The position numbers were made by a program, and so were the translations under genes. Positions 52,183 through 62,273 of a stretch of DNA of 64,000 bases are shown here, in pieces; positions within the stretch are counted from its first letter, which is position 1; each line of letters begins with the position of its first letter. This DNA is from an uncultured SAR86 cluster bacterium (GTDB lineage Bacteria > Pseudomonadota > Gammaproteobacteria > Magnimaribacterales > D2472), in NCBI GenBank assembly GCA_943788365.1, contig CALSPZ010000001.1, positions 328,233 through 392,232 on the forward strand. Direction: 5' to 3'. The notes below the pieces were generated by a model. It was not told where the DNA came from. It was given only the letters and a program-made list of their open reading frames with translations, and did no database searches.

Positions 52183-53052
52183 CTAAGCCCTATCAGCTTT
52201 ATCTTTATTATTAGATGACCTTATCATAGCTCTCATTTGATCCCAATCTTCGTCACTTAATTTATCTAAATTGGAAAATGTTCCACCTCCAGTTAAATAC
52301 TGTGCTCCATCAATTGCTATTGTTTGACCAGTTAAATAATCACAACCATCTGCCATAAGAAAAGTAGCTAGATTTTGCAACTCATTCATTTCCCCAACCC
52401 TACCAAGAGGAATATTACCCATAGAGCTATCATCACCAGCCCCGGGATTAAGTCTCTCCCATGCTCCTTTCGTTGGAAAAGGTCCTGGTGCAATTGCATT
52501 TACTTTAATGCCATATTTACCCCATTCAGCAGCTAACGATTGAGTCATAGCGTTTATACCAGATTTAGACATAGCAGATGGAACAACGTATGGAGAGCCT
52601 GTCCAGACCCATGTAGTGAGGATCGATACAATAGACCCTTTATGATTAGCTTCAATCCACCTTTTTCCAACTGAATGAGTAATATAAAAAGTTCCATGAA
52701 ATACAATATTTGCAATCGCATCGAAGCCTTTATGAGATAAATCTTTCGTTGGAGAAATAAAATTTCCTGCTGCATTGTTAACTAATCCATCAAGAGGTCC
52801 TTCTTCAAAGATTCTCTCTATATAACTATCAACATCAGCAGATGCTCTTATATCAAGCGGTTCATATTTCACATTAACCCCATACTCTCCAATAAGCTGA
52901 TCCGCAGTATCTTTTAAAACATTTTCCCTTCGGCCACAAATATATAAATCAGCTCCATGTTCTGCATAGTGAGATGCCATTTCCCTTCCAAGTCCGGTAC
53001 CTCCACCTGTTACTAATATCCTTTTTCCTTTTAATAAATCTTTCTTAAACAT
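52183..53052 (-). CDS. SDR-family oxidoreductase, 2,4-dienoyl-CoA reductase-like
   Basis: VTGGGTGLGREMA cofactor motif, NNAAGNF, and the S...K catalytic region. Confidence 0.8.
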   Translation of the reverse strand: MFKKDLLKGKRILVTGGGTGLGREMASHYAEHGADLYICGRRENVLKDTADQLIGEYGVNVKYEPLDIRASADVDSYIERIFEEGPLDGLVNNAAGNFISPTKDLSHKGFDAIANIVFHGTFYITHSVGKRWIEANHKGSIVSILTTWVWTGSPYVVPSAMSKSGINAMTQSLAAEWGKYGIKVNAIAPGPFPTKGAWERLNPGAGDDSSMGNIPLGRVGEMNELQNLATFLMADGCDYLTGQTIAIDGAQYLTGGGTFSNLDKLSDEDWDQMRAMIRSSNNKDKADRA

Positions 53053-53056
53053 TATT

Positions 53057-54070
53057 TTATAGCTCCTCGTTAAATCCTGTTATATCAATTACAGCATTTA
53101 TCCACTCATCTGAATAATTAAGAGAAGGAACATAATCTAGGATCTCACCCCCGGCATCATGAAAAATCTCTTGATACTCATCACCAATCTCTATAATTGT
53201 CTCTAGGCAATCAGCTGTAAATGCTGGTGAAAATACTAATACTTTTTTATGCCCATTTTTAGGTAAATCTTCTAAAACCTTATCTGTAAAAGGTTCCAAC
53301 CATTTATTGGTGAGCCTTGATTGGAATGCTACTTCGTATTTACTTTCATGAAGATCTATCCTGTTAGCAAGAAGTTTGGTTGTTTCGTAAACAGTTGCTT
53401 TATAGCAAAACTTGTTTTGTTCGGTTATTGAAAGCTCACAATCATTATCAGCACACATTGAATCTTCATAAACATTATCAACATGACTATTAGGAACACC
53501 ATGATAGCTAAAAATAACTTTATCATAACTTGCTATATCAAATTTTGATGCCTCTTCAACCCAAGCATTAATGAATTTATTATTATCATAAAACTGATTA
53601 ATAAAAGTAACTTTCGGAACAACCCATTTATCAGAAAGGCATTTAGTGACCTCCTTAAAAACTGAACCAGTAGTAGCTGCAGCGTAATGAGGGAAAAGAG
53701 GTAAAATTATTAATTCATCAGGGTTTTTTAACAACATTTTCTCAATTGCATTTTTAATAGAAGGTGATTGATATCTCATGGCGTATTCCACATCAACATC
53801 TGGCAGCTTCTTTGCGATACCTTCTTTGAGTTTCATCGTGTTGTATAGCAGGGGTGAGCCTTTTTCATCATGCCATACTTTTTTATATATTTTTGAAGAG
53901 GAAAAAGATCTTAACGGGCAAATAATAAAATTCACTAAAATAAAACGTAATATTGGATTTATATTTAAAACTTTCTCATCTGAAAGAAACTGTCGTAAAT
54001 ACTTAAAAACATGAAAATAAGATGGGCTATCGGGTGTTCCGAGATTAATTATTAATAAACTTTTCTTCAT
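53057..54070 (-). CDS. hemH: ferrochelatase
   Basis: LLIINLGTPDSP, FSYHGVP and the C-terminal FTADCLETIIEIGDEY. Confidence 0.9.
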   Translation of the reverse strand: MKKSLLIINLGTPDSPSYFHVFKYLRQFLSDEKVLNINPILRFILVNFIICPLRSFSSSKIYKKVWHDEKGSPLLYNTMKLKEGIAKKLPDVDVEYAMRYQSPSIKNAIEKMLLKNPDELIILPLFPHYAAATTGSVFKEVTKCLSDKWVVPKVTFINQFYDNNKFINAWVEEASKFDIASYDKVIFSYHGVPNSHVDNVYEDSMCADNDCELSITEQNKFCYKATVYETTKLLANRIDLHESKYEVAFQSRLTNKWLEPFTDKVLEDLPKNGHKKVLVFSPAFTADCLETIIEIGDEYQEIFHDAGGEILDYVPSLNYSDEWINAVIDITGFNEEL

Positions 54071-54075
54071 TATTA

Positions 54076-55260
54076 TTAGCTTCTTTTAAAAATAGGATGA
54101 CTTATTATAAATATAACTATAACTATAGATAAAATTGAATTAAAAAAATATAAGTATGATGGATTAAAGGCATATATTGGCATAGCCACAAACGGAGTTA
54201 ACATGTGTCCTATTGGGTATACAGAGCCTAAATACCCAGCTGCAGACCCTTGATTTTCTGGTATCTGTGATAGTGATAGTGATGATGATATAGCCGGCCT
54301 AATCATGCCCCCGCCAAGACCATTTATCAGTAGTGAAAGGTAGTACACTGATAATTTAGGGAAATATGCCATAGTAAAAAAAGAAAAGACAATTAAAAAA
54401 GTACCGTATAACAATAATTTAAAATTATTTAAAGGAAACGCATCTGTAAACAGATACTGACTTACTATTGTTGATATAGATAAAATAGCAAAACTTGTGC
54501 TTACTATAATTGGCAAGTCATCATAACTATTAAACATATCAAAAACATAAAAGCCTATAGATTGCAGAAGTGATGCCTGAGATAAGCTGGCAATTGATGC
54601 TATCAATAAATAAGGCCATATAGTCTTTGATTTCCATGAAATCTTATCTTTAATAATCTCTGTTTTTTTATGAATACTTGAATTCTCTAAGTTTTTATAA
54701 ATTCCTACAGATGAAATGAGTGACATTAAGCTGAACACATAGAAAGGTGTTTCTTTGGTAATCAATATAAGAAATCCACCAATAAGCGGGCCCGCAACGG
54801 TTCCTAGCAGAAAGCTGGATTCCAATCTTGCAAATTTTACGGTTCTTTTTTCTGCGCTACTATTATCTGCAACATAAGCAAATGCAGCTGGTCTAGTAGC
54901 TGAGCCTATCAAACCATTGAATAATCTTCCAAGAACAAGCAAGGGAAATAGGAACGCAAGATCCATAATATTTCTTTCTACTAAAAAAAGAGGTGTGATC
55001 ATTGCAACAAGTGAAAGTGAATAGCCTATTAAACCTAAGACAGCAATATTCCGTCGGCCATATTTATCGCTAGCTCTTCCCCACGACGCACTAGTAAGAG
55101 CCCAAGCTACAGCTGAAATAGCAAAGACTAATGAAGTTTGTATCTCAGACAGACCAAGGTCACGAGCGAGAGGCGGAACAATAACAAAAACAAAAGATTG
55201 ACCCAAGCCAACTGTAAAAAGGCCAAATTTAAGCCAAGAAGACCCTTTAATTTGCATCAA
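54076..55260 (-). CDS. MFS transporter (drug/H+ antiporter-like)
   Basis: About 12 TM helices and MFS motif A GRASDKYGRRN. Confidence 0.8.
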   Translation of the reverse strand: MMQIKGSSWLKFGLFTVGLGQSFVFVIVPPLARDLGLSEIQTSLVFAISAVAWALTSASWGRASDKYGRRNIAVLGLIGYSLSLVAMITPLFLVERNIMDLAFLFPLLVLGRLFNGLIGSATRPAAFAYVADNSSAEKRTVKFARLESSFLLGTVAGPLIGGFLILITKETPFYVFSLMSLISSVGIYKNLENSSIHKKTEIIKDKISWKSKTIWPYLLIASIASLSQASLLQSIGFYVFDMFNSYDDLPIIVSTSFAILSISTIVSQYLFTDAFPLNNFKLLLYGTFLIVFSFFTMAYFPKLSVYYLSLLINGLGGGMIRPAISSSLSLSQIPENQGSAAGYLGSVYPIGHMLTPFVAMPIYAFNPSYLYFFNSILSIVIVIFIISHPIFKRS

Positions 55261-56249
55261 GATATCTTAGATATACCTATAGACTCTCTAACTTCAGATA
55301 GCAGTTCTTTTGCCATGGGCCTAACCTTTGAAGAGCCCTCTTCTAACAAATCATTAATTAATTCTTTATTTGAGTTTAATGAATTATATGAATCTCTAAT
55401 TGGAAGGATGTGTTCATTAACTTTCTTAAATAATTTATTTTTTGCATCACCCCAAGAAATTCCATTTTTATAAGATTCTTTAAGTTCATTTTGCTCTTCT
55501 TCAGATGAAAAATGAGTAAAGAGTGAAAATACTGAACAGTTATTAAATTCTTTAGGCTCTCCAGGTTCAAGTGAGTTAGTTACAATCTTTGCAATAGATT
55601 TTTTCAAAACCTTTTCAGATGAAAGCAAAGGAATAATATTTTTATATGATTTACTCATCTTTCTTCCATCCTGGCCTAGAATAATTTTATCTGCAGTTTG
55701 AGTTATAGCCTCAGGTAATTCAAAAGTTTTTTTGTATGAATGATTAAATCTACCAGCAATATCTCGAGTCATTTCTAAATGTTGCATTTGATCAGGCCCA
55801 ACAGGCACATGGGTAGCATTAAATATTAATATGTCTGCAGCCATCAATACAGGATAAGAAAACAAACCCATACTTATACCCTTATCCTCATCTGAGGAAT
55901 TTAGTGCTGTAGCTGCTTTATAAGCGTGAGATCTATTCATTAATCCTTTTGCAGTAACACAGTTAAGTATCCAGCTTAATTCTAATATTTCTGGAACATC
56001 AGACTGTCTATAAAAATTTGATTTGTTTGGGTCAAGGCCGGAAGCAAGCCATGAGAGTGCGACTTCTTTAACAGACTCTTCTATTTCAACCTTATTGGAA
56101 TTTTTTATAATTGCATGGTAATCAGCCAAGAAGAAAAAAGATTCATCATATTGTTCAGCTAATTCTAGGGCTGGTTTGATAGCACCTAAATAATTTCCTA
56201 TATGAGGAGTACCAGTTGTCGTAATTCCTGTTAAAATTCTCTTATTCAT
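55257..56249 (-). CDS. trpS: tryptophan--tRNA ligase
   Basis: Class I HIGH-type motif TGTPHIGNYLGA, KMSKS, and a ~330-aa TrpRS length. Confidence 0.93.
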   Translation of the reverse strand: MNKRILTGITTTGTPHIGNYLGAIKPALELAEQYDESFFFLADYHAIIKNSNKVEIEESVKEVALSWLASGLDPNKSNFYRQSDVPEILELSWILNCVTAKGLMNRSHAYKAATALNSSDEDKGISMGLFSYPVLMAADILIFNATHVPVGPDQMQHLEMTRDIAGRFNHSYKKTFELPEAITQTADKIILGQDGRKMSKSYKNIIPLLSSEKVLKKSIAKIVTNSLEPGEPKEFNNCSVFSLFTHFSSEEEQNELKESYKNGISWGDAKNKLFKKVNEHILPIRDSYNSLNSNKELINDLLEEGSSKVRPMAKELLSEVRESIGISKIS

Positions 56250-56282
56250 TACAACTAATTATAAACTTCATAAGAGATTAAT

Positions 56283-57701
56283 GTGGAAACAAAACAAGAT
56301 TTATTTAAACAATTAGAAAATATAGAAAAGTTATTTGCAGATGGCTCTATTAAAAAAGCTCAAAAAAGCTTGAGAGACACTCTTTCGATCGTAAAGAAAG
56401 AAAAAGGTGTGCCAAATAAATTAAGGCATAAGATAAATTTTGTTGTTGCTCAATCAAGGTATTTTGACGACATGTCATCTTTTGCAACAAACCCAAAACG
56501 TGAGGAGCTTATCAAAGAGATAGGTGATCTTGTTAAAAGTAGTTTGGATAATCCAAAATCACAAGCAAACGCTATTCATGATATCCAAAAAAAATGGCAA
56601 CAACTTGATACATCAGGAAGACCTTCATCCAAAGATCAATGGTTAAAATTTAATGAGCTTACAAATAAAGCGTGGGAACCTTGCAAGGAATTTTTTGAAG
56701 AACTTAATAAAGTAAAAGAAAATAATGCTGCAAACAGAAGAAAGATAATTAATGAAATTAATAGCTATGCAATAGATAAATCATCCAATTGGCCAGATGC
56801 CAAAACTCTCATATTTTATTTAAGAGATAAATTCAATGAATGGCAAGAACATGCTCCGGTTCTGGATAAGGACCATAAAAAACTTAGAAATGAATTTTTT
56901 AATGCAAAAAAACCAATCAATGATCAGATAAAAAAACAAGAAAAAGCTGTTATAAAAACAAAAGAAGATCTTATAGCAAAAGTTGATCTGATAAATGATG
57001 AAGATAATGATATATGCATAAAGAAATTCAATGACCTTAAAAATGATTGGAAAAAAGCAGGTTCGGCAGGAAGAAAGGTTGATAACAAATTATGGGATAA
57101 GTTTAATAAATCAGCAGATAGGTTCTATAGTGCAAAAAAAGAGGTGTTAGAAGCTGAAATTGAACTTGCGTCTTCTCTTCTTAAAGATTTAAAAGCTAAA
57201 GCTATAAGTATTACAGAGGTTGAAGGAAAGTTTGTTGAGTTAAATAATATTTCTAAATCTAAAGAGGTTGCTAGCTTAAGGAATGAAATACAGGCTCAAA
57301 AAGTATCATTTAAAGCTGAGCAAAAATTAGTAAAAATTGAATCATATAAAAAGCTTTTTAATGCCTATATAAACAAGGATTATGAAGACAAGCAGTTACC
57401 AAATCAGGTTGTATCAAAAATTAAAGATTTAGATGTTAAAAAATCTAATTTAGAAAACTTAACATATTCCTGCATAAAGCTAGAGATTAAGGCTGGTATA
57501 GATTCACTTAAGAAGGATTTAGCTACAAGGAATAAAATTCAACTTGAGATGCTTACAGAAAAATTTAATAAATCTAAGAATGGCTTAGCAAGCTTAGATG
57601 ACCTTCTCATTCATTTTTTCTCAAACCTAACCACAAAACCTTCTGCTGCTGAAAAGACTTTATGGAAGAGAGTTTCGAGTTCAGTAGAGGCTATTCTCTA
57701 G
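56283..57701 (+). CDS. DUF349 repeat protein
   Basis: GTG start. Lys/Glu-rich helical protein with repeated W..L...W..F..L / W.KAG...LW.KF units typical of DUF349. Confidence 0.6.
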   Translation: METKQDLFKQLENIEKLFADGSIKKAQKSLRDTLSIVKKEKGVPNKLRHKINFVVAQSRYFDDMSSFATNPKREELIKEIGDLVKSSLDNPKSQANAIHDIQKKWQQLDTSGRPSSKDQWLKFNELTNKAWEPCKEFFEELNKVKENNAANRRKIINEINSYAIDKSSNWPDAKTLIFYLRDKFNEWQEHAPVLDKDHKKLRNEFFNAKKPINDQIKKQEKAVIKTKEDLIAKVDLINDEDNDICIKKFNDLKNDWKKAGSAGRKVDNKLWDKFNKSADRFYSAKKEVLEAEIELASSLLKDLKAKAISITEVEGKFVELNNISKSKEVASLRNEIQAQKVSFKAEQKLVKIESYKKLFNAYINKDYEDKQLPNQVVSKIKDLDVKKSNLENLTYSCIKLEIKAGIDSLKKDLATRNKIQLEMLTEKFNKSKNGLASLDDLLIHFFSNLTTKPSAAEKTLWKRVSSSVEAIL

Positions 57702-57703
57702 AC

Positions 57704-59098
57704 CTATTTGGAATAATTTAGTTCTGCAATAATTCTTGCATGTTTTTTTCTATCCAACTTATAGAAATAAAAAATAAATAAAGGAAGCGCAAGTAGTATT
57801 GGTCCAATTACACCTTGCACAAAAAATAATGAATAGGTTTGCTCATATGTTGGATTATCTTTGGGGTACTCAAGTATCTTTAAGACAAGGCCAGCAGTAA
57901 AACCTCCAATAGCTGTATTCACCTTTTGAATAAAAGAAACAGCAGAGTAAAGAACGCCCTCCTGCCTTTTGCCGCTTGATAACTCCACTTCATCAGCAAT
58001 ATCTCCAATCATTGAATCTCTTGTCATATTTCCCATAACAGAAAAGCAAGAAATAAAAATTAAAGGAATTGATAGGAAAAAAATAAGTGCGTATGTACCT
58101 TTATCAGGAGTTAACCCTAGGTTATAAGAAATAAAAGCAATGGGACTAAAAAAAGCTGTTCCAAAGATACAAATCATAACTAGGTTTTTTTTATCAAGAG
58201 TTTTAACAAGCCTAGGAGTCAGGTAAAAAGCTATTAAAGTAGAAGTAATATATATAGCAAGAAATATGGTTATAAGTTTTCCTGACAATCCCCAAAAATC
58301 TGTGTTTATGTATAGAGCAAGACTGTTTGAAAGACCCCAAGCTATTGATAGAGTAAGATTGCCTGCAAAGAAGATCAAAAAAGATTTATTAGTAATCGCA
58401 ATGGATATTTCTTTAAAAATATCTTTTAAAGAGGTTGATCCGCTCCATTGGGAAAGATCTTTTATATACTTTGTTGTTGTTAAACTTGAGTAAAGGATAC
58501 CAACTGCCATAAAGATACCCCCTGCCAGAGCAAAAGGAAACCAAACTTCTGGGTTTAGCTGACCATATGCATATTCTGGAGTTGACCTGAAAAAAATAAA
58601 ATAGCCCATAAACGCATTACCAATTGCAGCTATCCAAGTTATTAGCTCCCTCCATGAGAACAAAAGAGTTCTTTCTTCATAATTTTTAATTATCTCTGCG
58701 CCAAAGGACCTATGTGGAACTTCAAATAAAGTCATTCCAACCCTTGTAAAGGTTGTGCATACTAACATCCATAAAAAAAGCTGAGTTTGGGAAAGCCCCC
58801 ATTCAATTTTTGGGGTAAAAAGCAATATATAAAAGATAGATACAGGGATAAATGACAAAAGCATAAAAGGATGCCTTCTTCCAAGTTTAGATTTAGTTCT
58901 ATCTGAAAGAGTTCCCATTAAAGGATCTGTAACTGAATCAACCAGTAAAGCTATAAAAATAGCTGTGCCTGCCAAAAGTGGATCAAGGCCAATGACTCTA
59001 GAGTAAAAAAATAATAAAAAAAAGGTAAAAGTATCAGTTTTAATACCGTTAGCAACTGCGCCTATAGAGTAATTAAATTTAAAACTATTAGTTAGCAT
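57704..59098 (-). CDS. GPH-family (glycoside-pentoside-hexuronide / MFSD2-like) cation symporter
   Basis: Twelve TM helices and the GPH signature GTLSDRTKSKLGRRHPFML. Confidence 0.8.
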   Translation of the reverse strand: MLTNSFKFNYSIGAVANGIKTDTFTFFLLFFYSRVIGLDPLLAGTAIFIALLVDSVTDPLMGTLSDRTKSKLGRRHPFMLLSFIPVSIFYILLFTPKIEWGLSQTQLFLWMLVCTTFTRVGMTLFEVPHRSFGAEIIKNYEERTLLFSWRELITWIAAIGNAFMGYFIFFRSTPEYAYGQLNPEVWFPFALAGGIFMAVGILYSSLTTTKYIKDLSQWSGSTSLKDIFKEISIAITNKSFLIFFAGNLTLSIAWGLSNSLALYINTDFWGLSGKLITIFLAIYITSTLIAFYLTPRLVKTLDKKNLVMICIFGTAFFSPIAFISYNLGLTPDKGTYALIFFLSIPLIFISCFSVMGNMTRDSMIGDIADEVELSSGKRQEGVLYSAVSFIQKVNTAIGGFTAGLVLKILEYPKDNPTYEQTYSLFFVQGVIGPILLALPLFIFYFYKLDRKKHARIIAELNYSK

Positions 59099-59100
59099 GA

Positions 59101-60078
59101 TTAGTCTGAAAGATGGTTTAAAAGGTCTTCCTTAAATCTATTAAATACTGGTGGTTCAATCATATGCCTCATTCCAGGTAATACAATAAGTTGACTGTTT
59201 TTAATTAACTTATTTGCCTTGTAGGCATTTTTTACCTTGATAAGTGGATCATCCTTTCCATGAATAATTAATGTTTTAGATTTAATAGACTTAACTTTTT
59301 TTATTCTATTTTTTGAACCGAGTATCGCCATAATTTGTCTACTAAAACCAGTATCGTCAGGCCCAGCTCTTTTAATTGATTCAACGGATTTATTGTAGAA
59401 ATCTTCAGTTTCAAGGTTGTAACCCTCAAGACCAATTAGTGTAAAAATTTTTTTACTTCTCTCTATTCTTTCATCCATTGAGGCATTGGGATTATTTGAG
59501 CGTTTCATTAATAACTTTCTTACATCTCTTGTAGGACCATTTAATGGGCTTGGTGTAGCTGTAGATGATGCTATTAATGTAAATGTTTTTATTCTATCTG
59601 GATGATTTGCTGCAATTATTTGAGCTATCATCCCGCCCATAGACATTCCTAATAGATGAGATTGGTTTATTGAAAGATGATCTAAGATGGCAATAGAATC
59701 GTTGGCCATATCATCGAGATTGTAAGGTGGATTTATTGGTAATCTTAAGAAGTATCTAATGTATGTAGAATTAATAGTTTTTGATCTATTGGCTTCTTCA
59801 AATCGAGCACTATTTATTCTTGATGATAGTCCAGTATCGCGGTTATCAAATACAATAGGTCTAAAACCATTCTCAATTAAAAAATCAATTAAATGATCTG
59901 GCCAATTAATTAGCTGACCTCCTAGACCTTGCACAAGTAATATTGGATCTCCATCGGAAGGACCATAATCACGATATGCAATTTTTACCTCATTGTTATA
60001 AACATAGCCCTCTTCCCATGCTTGTGTGTTGAAAGAAACTGTCATAGCAATAATTAAAAAATATTTATAAGAAGGCAT
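59101..60078 (-). CDS. secreted alpha/beta-fold hydrolase
   Basis: Signal peptide, an oxyanion region (LVQGLGG), nucleophile elbow GMSMGG and a C-terminal GMRHM His. Confidence 0.8.
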   Translation of the reverse strand: MPSYKYFLIIAMTVSFNTQAWEEGYVYNNEVKIAYRDYGPSDGDPILLVQGLGGQLINWPDHLIDFLIENGFRPIVFDNRDTGLSSRINSARFEEANRSKTINSTYIRYFLRLPINPPYNLDDMANDSIAILDHLSINQSHLLGMSMGGMIAQIIAANHPDRIKTFTLIASSTATPSPLNGPTRDVRKLLMKRSNNPNASMDERIERSKKIFTLIGLEGYNLETEDFYNKSVESIKRAGPDDTGFSRQIMAILGSKNRIKKVKSIKSKTLIIHGKDDPLIKVKNAYKANKLIKNSQLIVLPGMRHMIEPPVFNRFKEDLLNHLSD

Positions 60079-61159
60079 TTATTCTATTAATAATATTTTG
60101 TCTCATGGAGCCCCAAAATAACATCACATCAAAAGAATGAAGATCACCATTAAAAGATCTCATTTTTCTCATTTTTTCAATCAGATCGCCTTTTGTTTCT
60201 AAAAGGCCATTTTCTGAATTAACTCTTGAATGAAAGTTTTGAATTCTTGTTGTCCCGATAGTTTTTTTTGAATTAGTGTGTTTTAGCATTGTTAAATCCA
60301 TGAAAACATCATTGTTGGATTTATTGATTATTGAGCAATGATAAGCATCTTGTTCATACCATGATGAATCAGAAGTCCAGCTGAATGGGTTTACGGAAAT
60401 AATCTTATCTGTCATATCTTGAAAACCCCATCCTTCAGGCTTCCAGTGAGGGGTAGATGCCCTGCCTCTCTTAAATCCCTCTGCGACTGTTGACCATGAA
60501 ATTATAGAACCAGTATCTAGGCCATCATTTGATGCTATAAGATTTGGGAAGAGATCAGGAAATAATTTTTCAGGAATAACATAACCAATTAGATAGCCGT
60601 TAATAAATTGATTCTTTAATGGTGTGTTTGATATGCGATCATGTATAAGTCTTTGCCCATGAAGAGCACCTTGGCTATGCCCGTATATAAAAAATGGTTT
60701 ACCATTATTAAAATTCTCAATATAGTAATCAAAAGCTCTTTCAATGTCCTGATAGGCAAGATCAAGTGCCTTTATGCCATTTTCATTATTAGAAAAGAAA
60801 GAGTAATAAGTTGCCTGGCGGTATGCTGGAGCATAAATATTACATGATTCATTAAACACAGATGCTTGATTGGCAAGCATAACCTCAGTTCTCTCGTATG
60901 CAGAGCTGTTTTTATCTAGATTAAAATTCCATTTTTTCTCAAAAAAACCTGTTGGGTGAATATAAAAAACGTCAATATCATTATTTTTATTAACCGAATA
61001 TGCATCAGATGGAACTAAGTATTGATAGCCATTGAGTTCAGGTAATGCAGCCCAACTTTCTTTAAAATTATAATTAGGTTCTTTTGGTATATTAGAATGT
61101 GTAAAATCAGATTCAGGTTTTACAAGCTCTAAAAGCTTTAAAAGGTTTTCGTCAGCCAT
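60065..61159 (-). CDS. DUF3089-family lipase-like alpha/beta hydrolase
   Basis: DVFYIHPT, YAPAYRQATY and the nucleophile elbow YGHSQGA. Confidence 0.6.
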   Translation of the reverse strand: MADENLLKLLELVKPESDFTHSNIPKEPNYNFKESWAALPELNGYQYLVPSDAYSVNKNNDIDVFYIHPTGFFEKKWNFNLDKNSSAYERTEVMLANQASVFNESCNIYAPAYRQATYYSFFSNNENGIKALDLAYQDIERAFDYYIENFNNGKPFFIYGHSQGALHGQRLIHDRISNTPLKNQFINGYLIGYVIPEKLFPDLFPNLIASNDGLDTGSIISWSTVAEGFKRGRASTPHWKPEGWGFQDMTDKIISVNPFSWTSDSSWYEQDAYHCSIINKSNNDVFMDLTMLKHTNSKKTIGTTRIQNFHSRVNSENGLLETKGDLIEKMRKMRSFNGDLHSFDVMLFWGSMRQNIINRINAFL

Positions 61160-61162
61160 TAG

Positions 61163-61732
61163 TTATTTCTTGTATATAGTATTTTTGGGTTTGGCAAATA
61201 TTTTCTCAACCATTGGGATGAAAAAGTCTAGTGGGAGTGAGTCATAATCAGGATCAAAACTATTCTGATCATATTTTTCACAAAAAACCTTGCAGTCATC
61301 AAAATATGGATGATCTTTGAATTTGTCTCTCATGTTCTTGTCTAGACCTAAATAATCAAAGAAGTAATAACCTTGAAAAATGCCATGATGTTTCACAATC
61401 CAGTAATTTTTTTCAGAGACAAATGGTTGCAATAAAGTAGCTGCAAAATCAGCATGATTAGAAGGCGCTAGATTATCACCAATGTCATGAAGTAATGCAC
61501 AAACAACATACTCATCATCCTTACCATCTCTATGAGCTCTAGTAGCAGTTTGAATTGAATGTGTAAGCCTATCAACAGCAAACCCGCCATAATCATCACC
61601 AAGCATCATCAAATGATCTAAGATTTTAGAAGGTAGATCAGCCGCTTCATTCATATTCGATTCAGCAATAATAGACCAATCTTCAGCTGTTCCGTCTATC
61701 ATTTTTGTGAATTTTGCTTTTAACTCTGTCAT
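61163..61732 (-). CDS. HD-domain protein, PhnZ/MIOX-like (COG4341-like) putative diiron oxygenase or phosphohydrolase
   Basis: 189 aa. The ordered ligand pattern H58...H82-D83...H93...H115/H116...D155 sits in motifs LTHSIQTA, ALLHDIGD, NHADF, KHHG and KYDQ, parallel to PhnZ LEHSLQCA / ALLHDLGH. Confidence 0.65.
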   Translation of the reverse strand: MTELKAKFTKMIDGTAEDWSIIAESNMNEAADLPSKILDHLMMLGDDYGGFAVDRLTHSIQTATRAHRDGKDDEYVVCALLHDIGDNLAPSNHADFAATLLQPFVSEKNYWIVKHHGIFQGYYFFDYLGLDKNMRDKFKDHPYFDDCKVFCEKYDQNSFDPDYDSLPLDFFIPMVEKIFAKPKNTIYKK

Positions 61733-61754
61733 ACGACAAGTATAGCAAATAAAT

Positions 61755-62159
61755 TTAGACTAATTTATTTGTAGCGCTTGCTGTTGCTATGAGCTTGTCA
61801 TTCTGGAACAACTCAGCTTTTGTGAATGCAATAGATTTACCTTGTTTGATGATTGTACTTTTGGCTATTACATCAGAATCAGGTCCACATGGAAGTAAGA
61901 AAGTAGTGGTCATATCAAGCGTTAAAGGAATTTTTTTACCCTGTGTTAAATAGATTAAGAACTGAGCCATAGCTGAATCAAGCATACCTGCCACAAACCC
62001 ACCTTGAACTATCATCCCATTTGAGTGAGTAAGATCGACACCTGGATTGAAAACACAAGTATATTCTGAACTATCATCGCTTATAGAAGCCTCTTTAAAA
62101 CCTAGTATTTTTAAAAATGGTGGGGCTTCTCTGAATATTTCTTCTATTTTTTTGCTCAT
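61755..62159 (-). CDS. PaaI/hotdog-fold thioesterase
   Basis: 134 aa from ATG 62159 (MSKKIEEIF...). Hotdog core NGMIVQGGFVAGMLDSAMAQ. The longer track ORF, which runs to 62222, lies inside the tRNA gene. Confidence 0.75.
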   Translation of the reverse strand: MSKKIEEIFREAPPFLKILGFKEASISDDSSEYTCVFNPGVDLTHSNGMIVQGGFVAGMLDSAMAQFLIYLTQGKKIPLTLDMTTTFLLPCGPDSDVIAKSTIIKQGKSIAFTKAELFQNDKLIATASATNKLV

Positions 62160-62165
62160 AATATA

Positions 62166-62257
62166 TGGCGGAGGGAGTGGGATTCGAACCCACGGTGCCG
62201 ATGAAGGCACGACGGTTTTCAAGACCGTTACAATAAACCAGACTCTGCCATCCCTCC
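62166..62257 (-). tRNA. tRNA-Ser (anticodon UGA)
   Basis: The minus strand reads GGAGGGA-TG-GCA...TGT-A-ACGGT-CTTGAAA-ACCGT, then a long variable arm GTGCC/GGCAC, then GTGGG-TTCGAAT-CCCAC-TCCCTCC-G-CCA. All stems pair and the CCA is encoded. Confidence 0.93.
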
Positions 62258-62273
62258 TTTGTCTGAAGTAGCT

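Noticed and set aside
62047-62271. 74-aa plus-strand ORF, and the N-terminal extension of the PaaI ORF up to 62222.
   Set aside because: Both run through the tRNA-Ser gene (62166-62257). The thioesterase homology begins at Met 62159.
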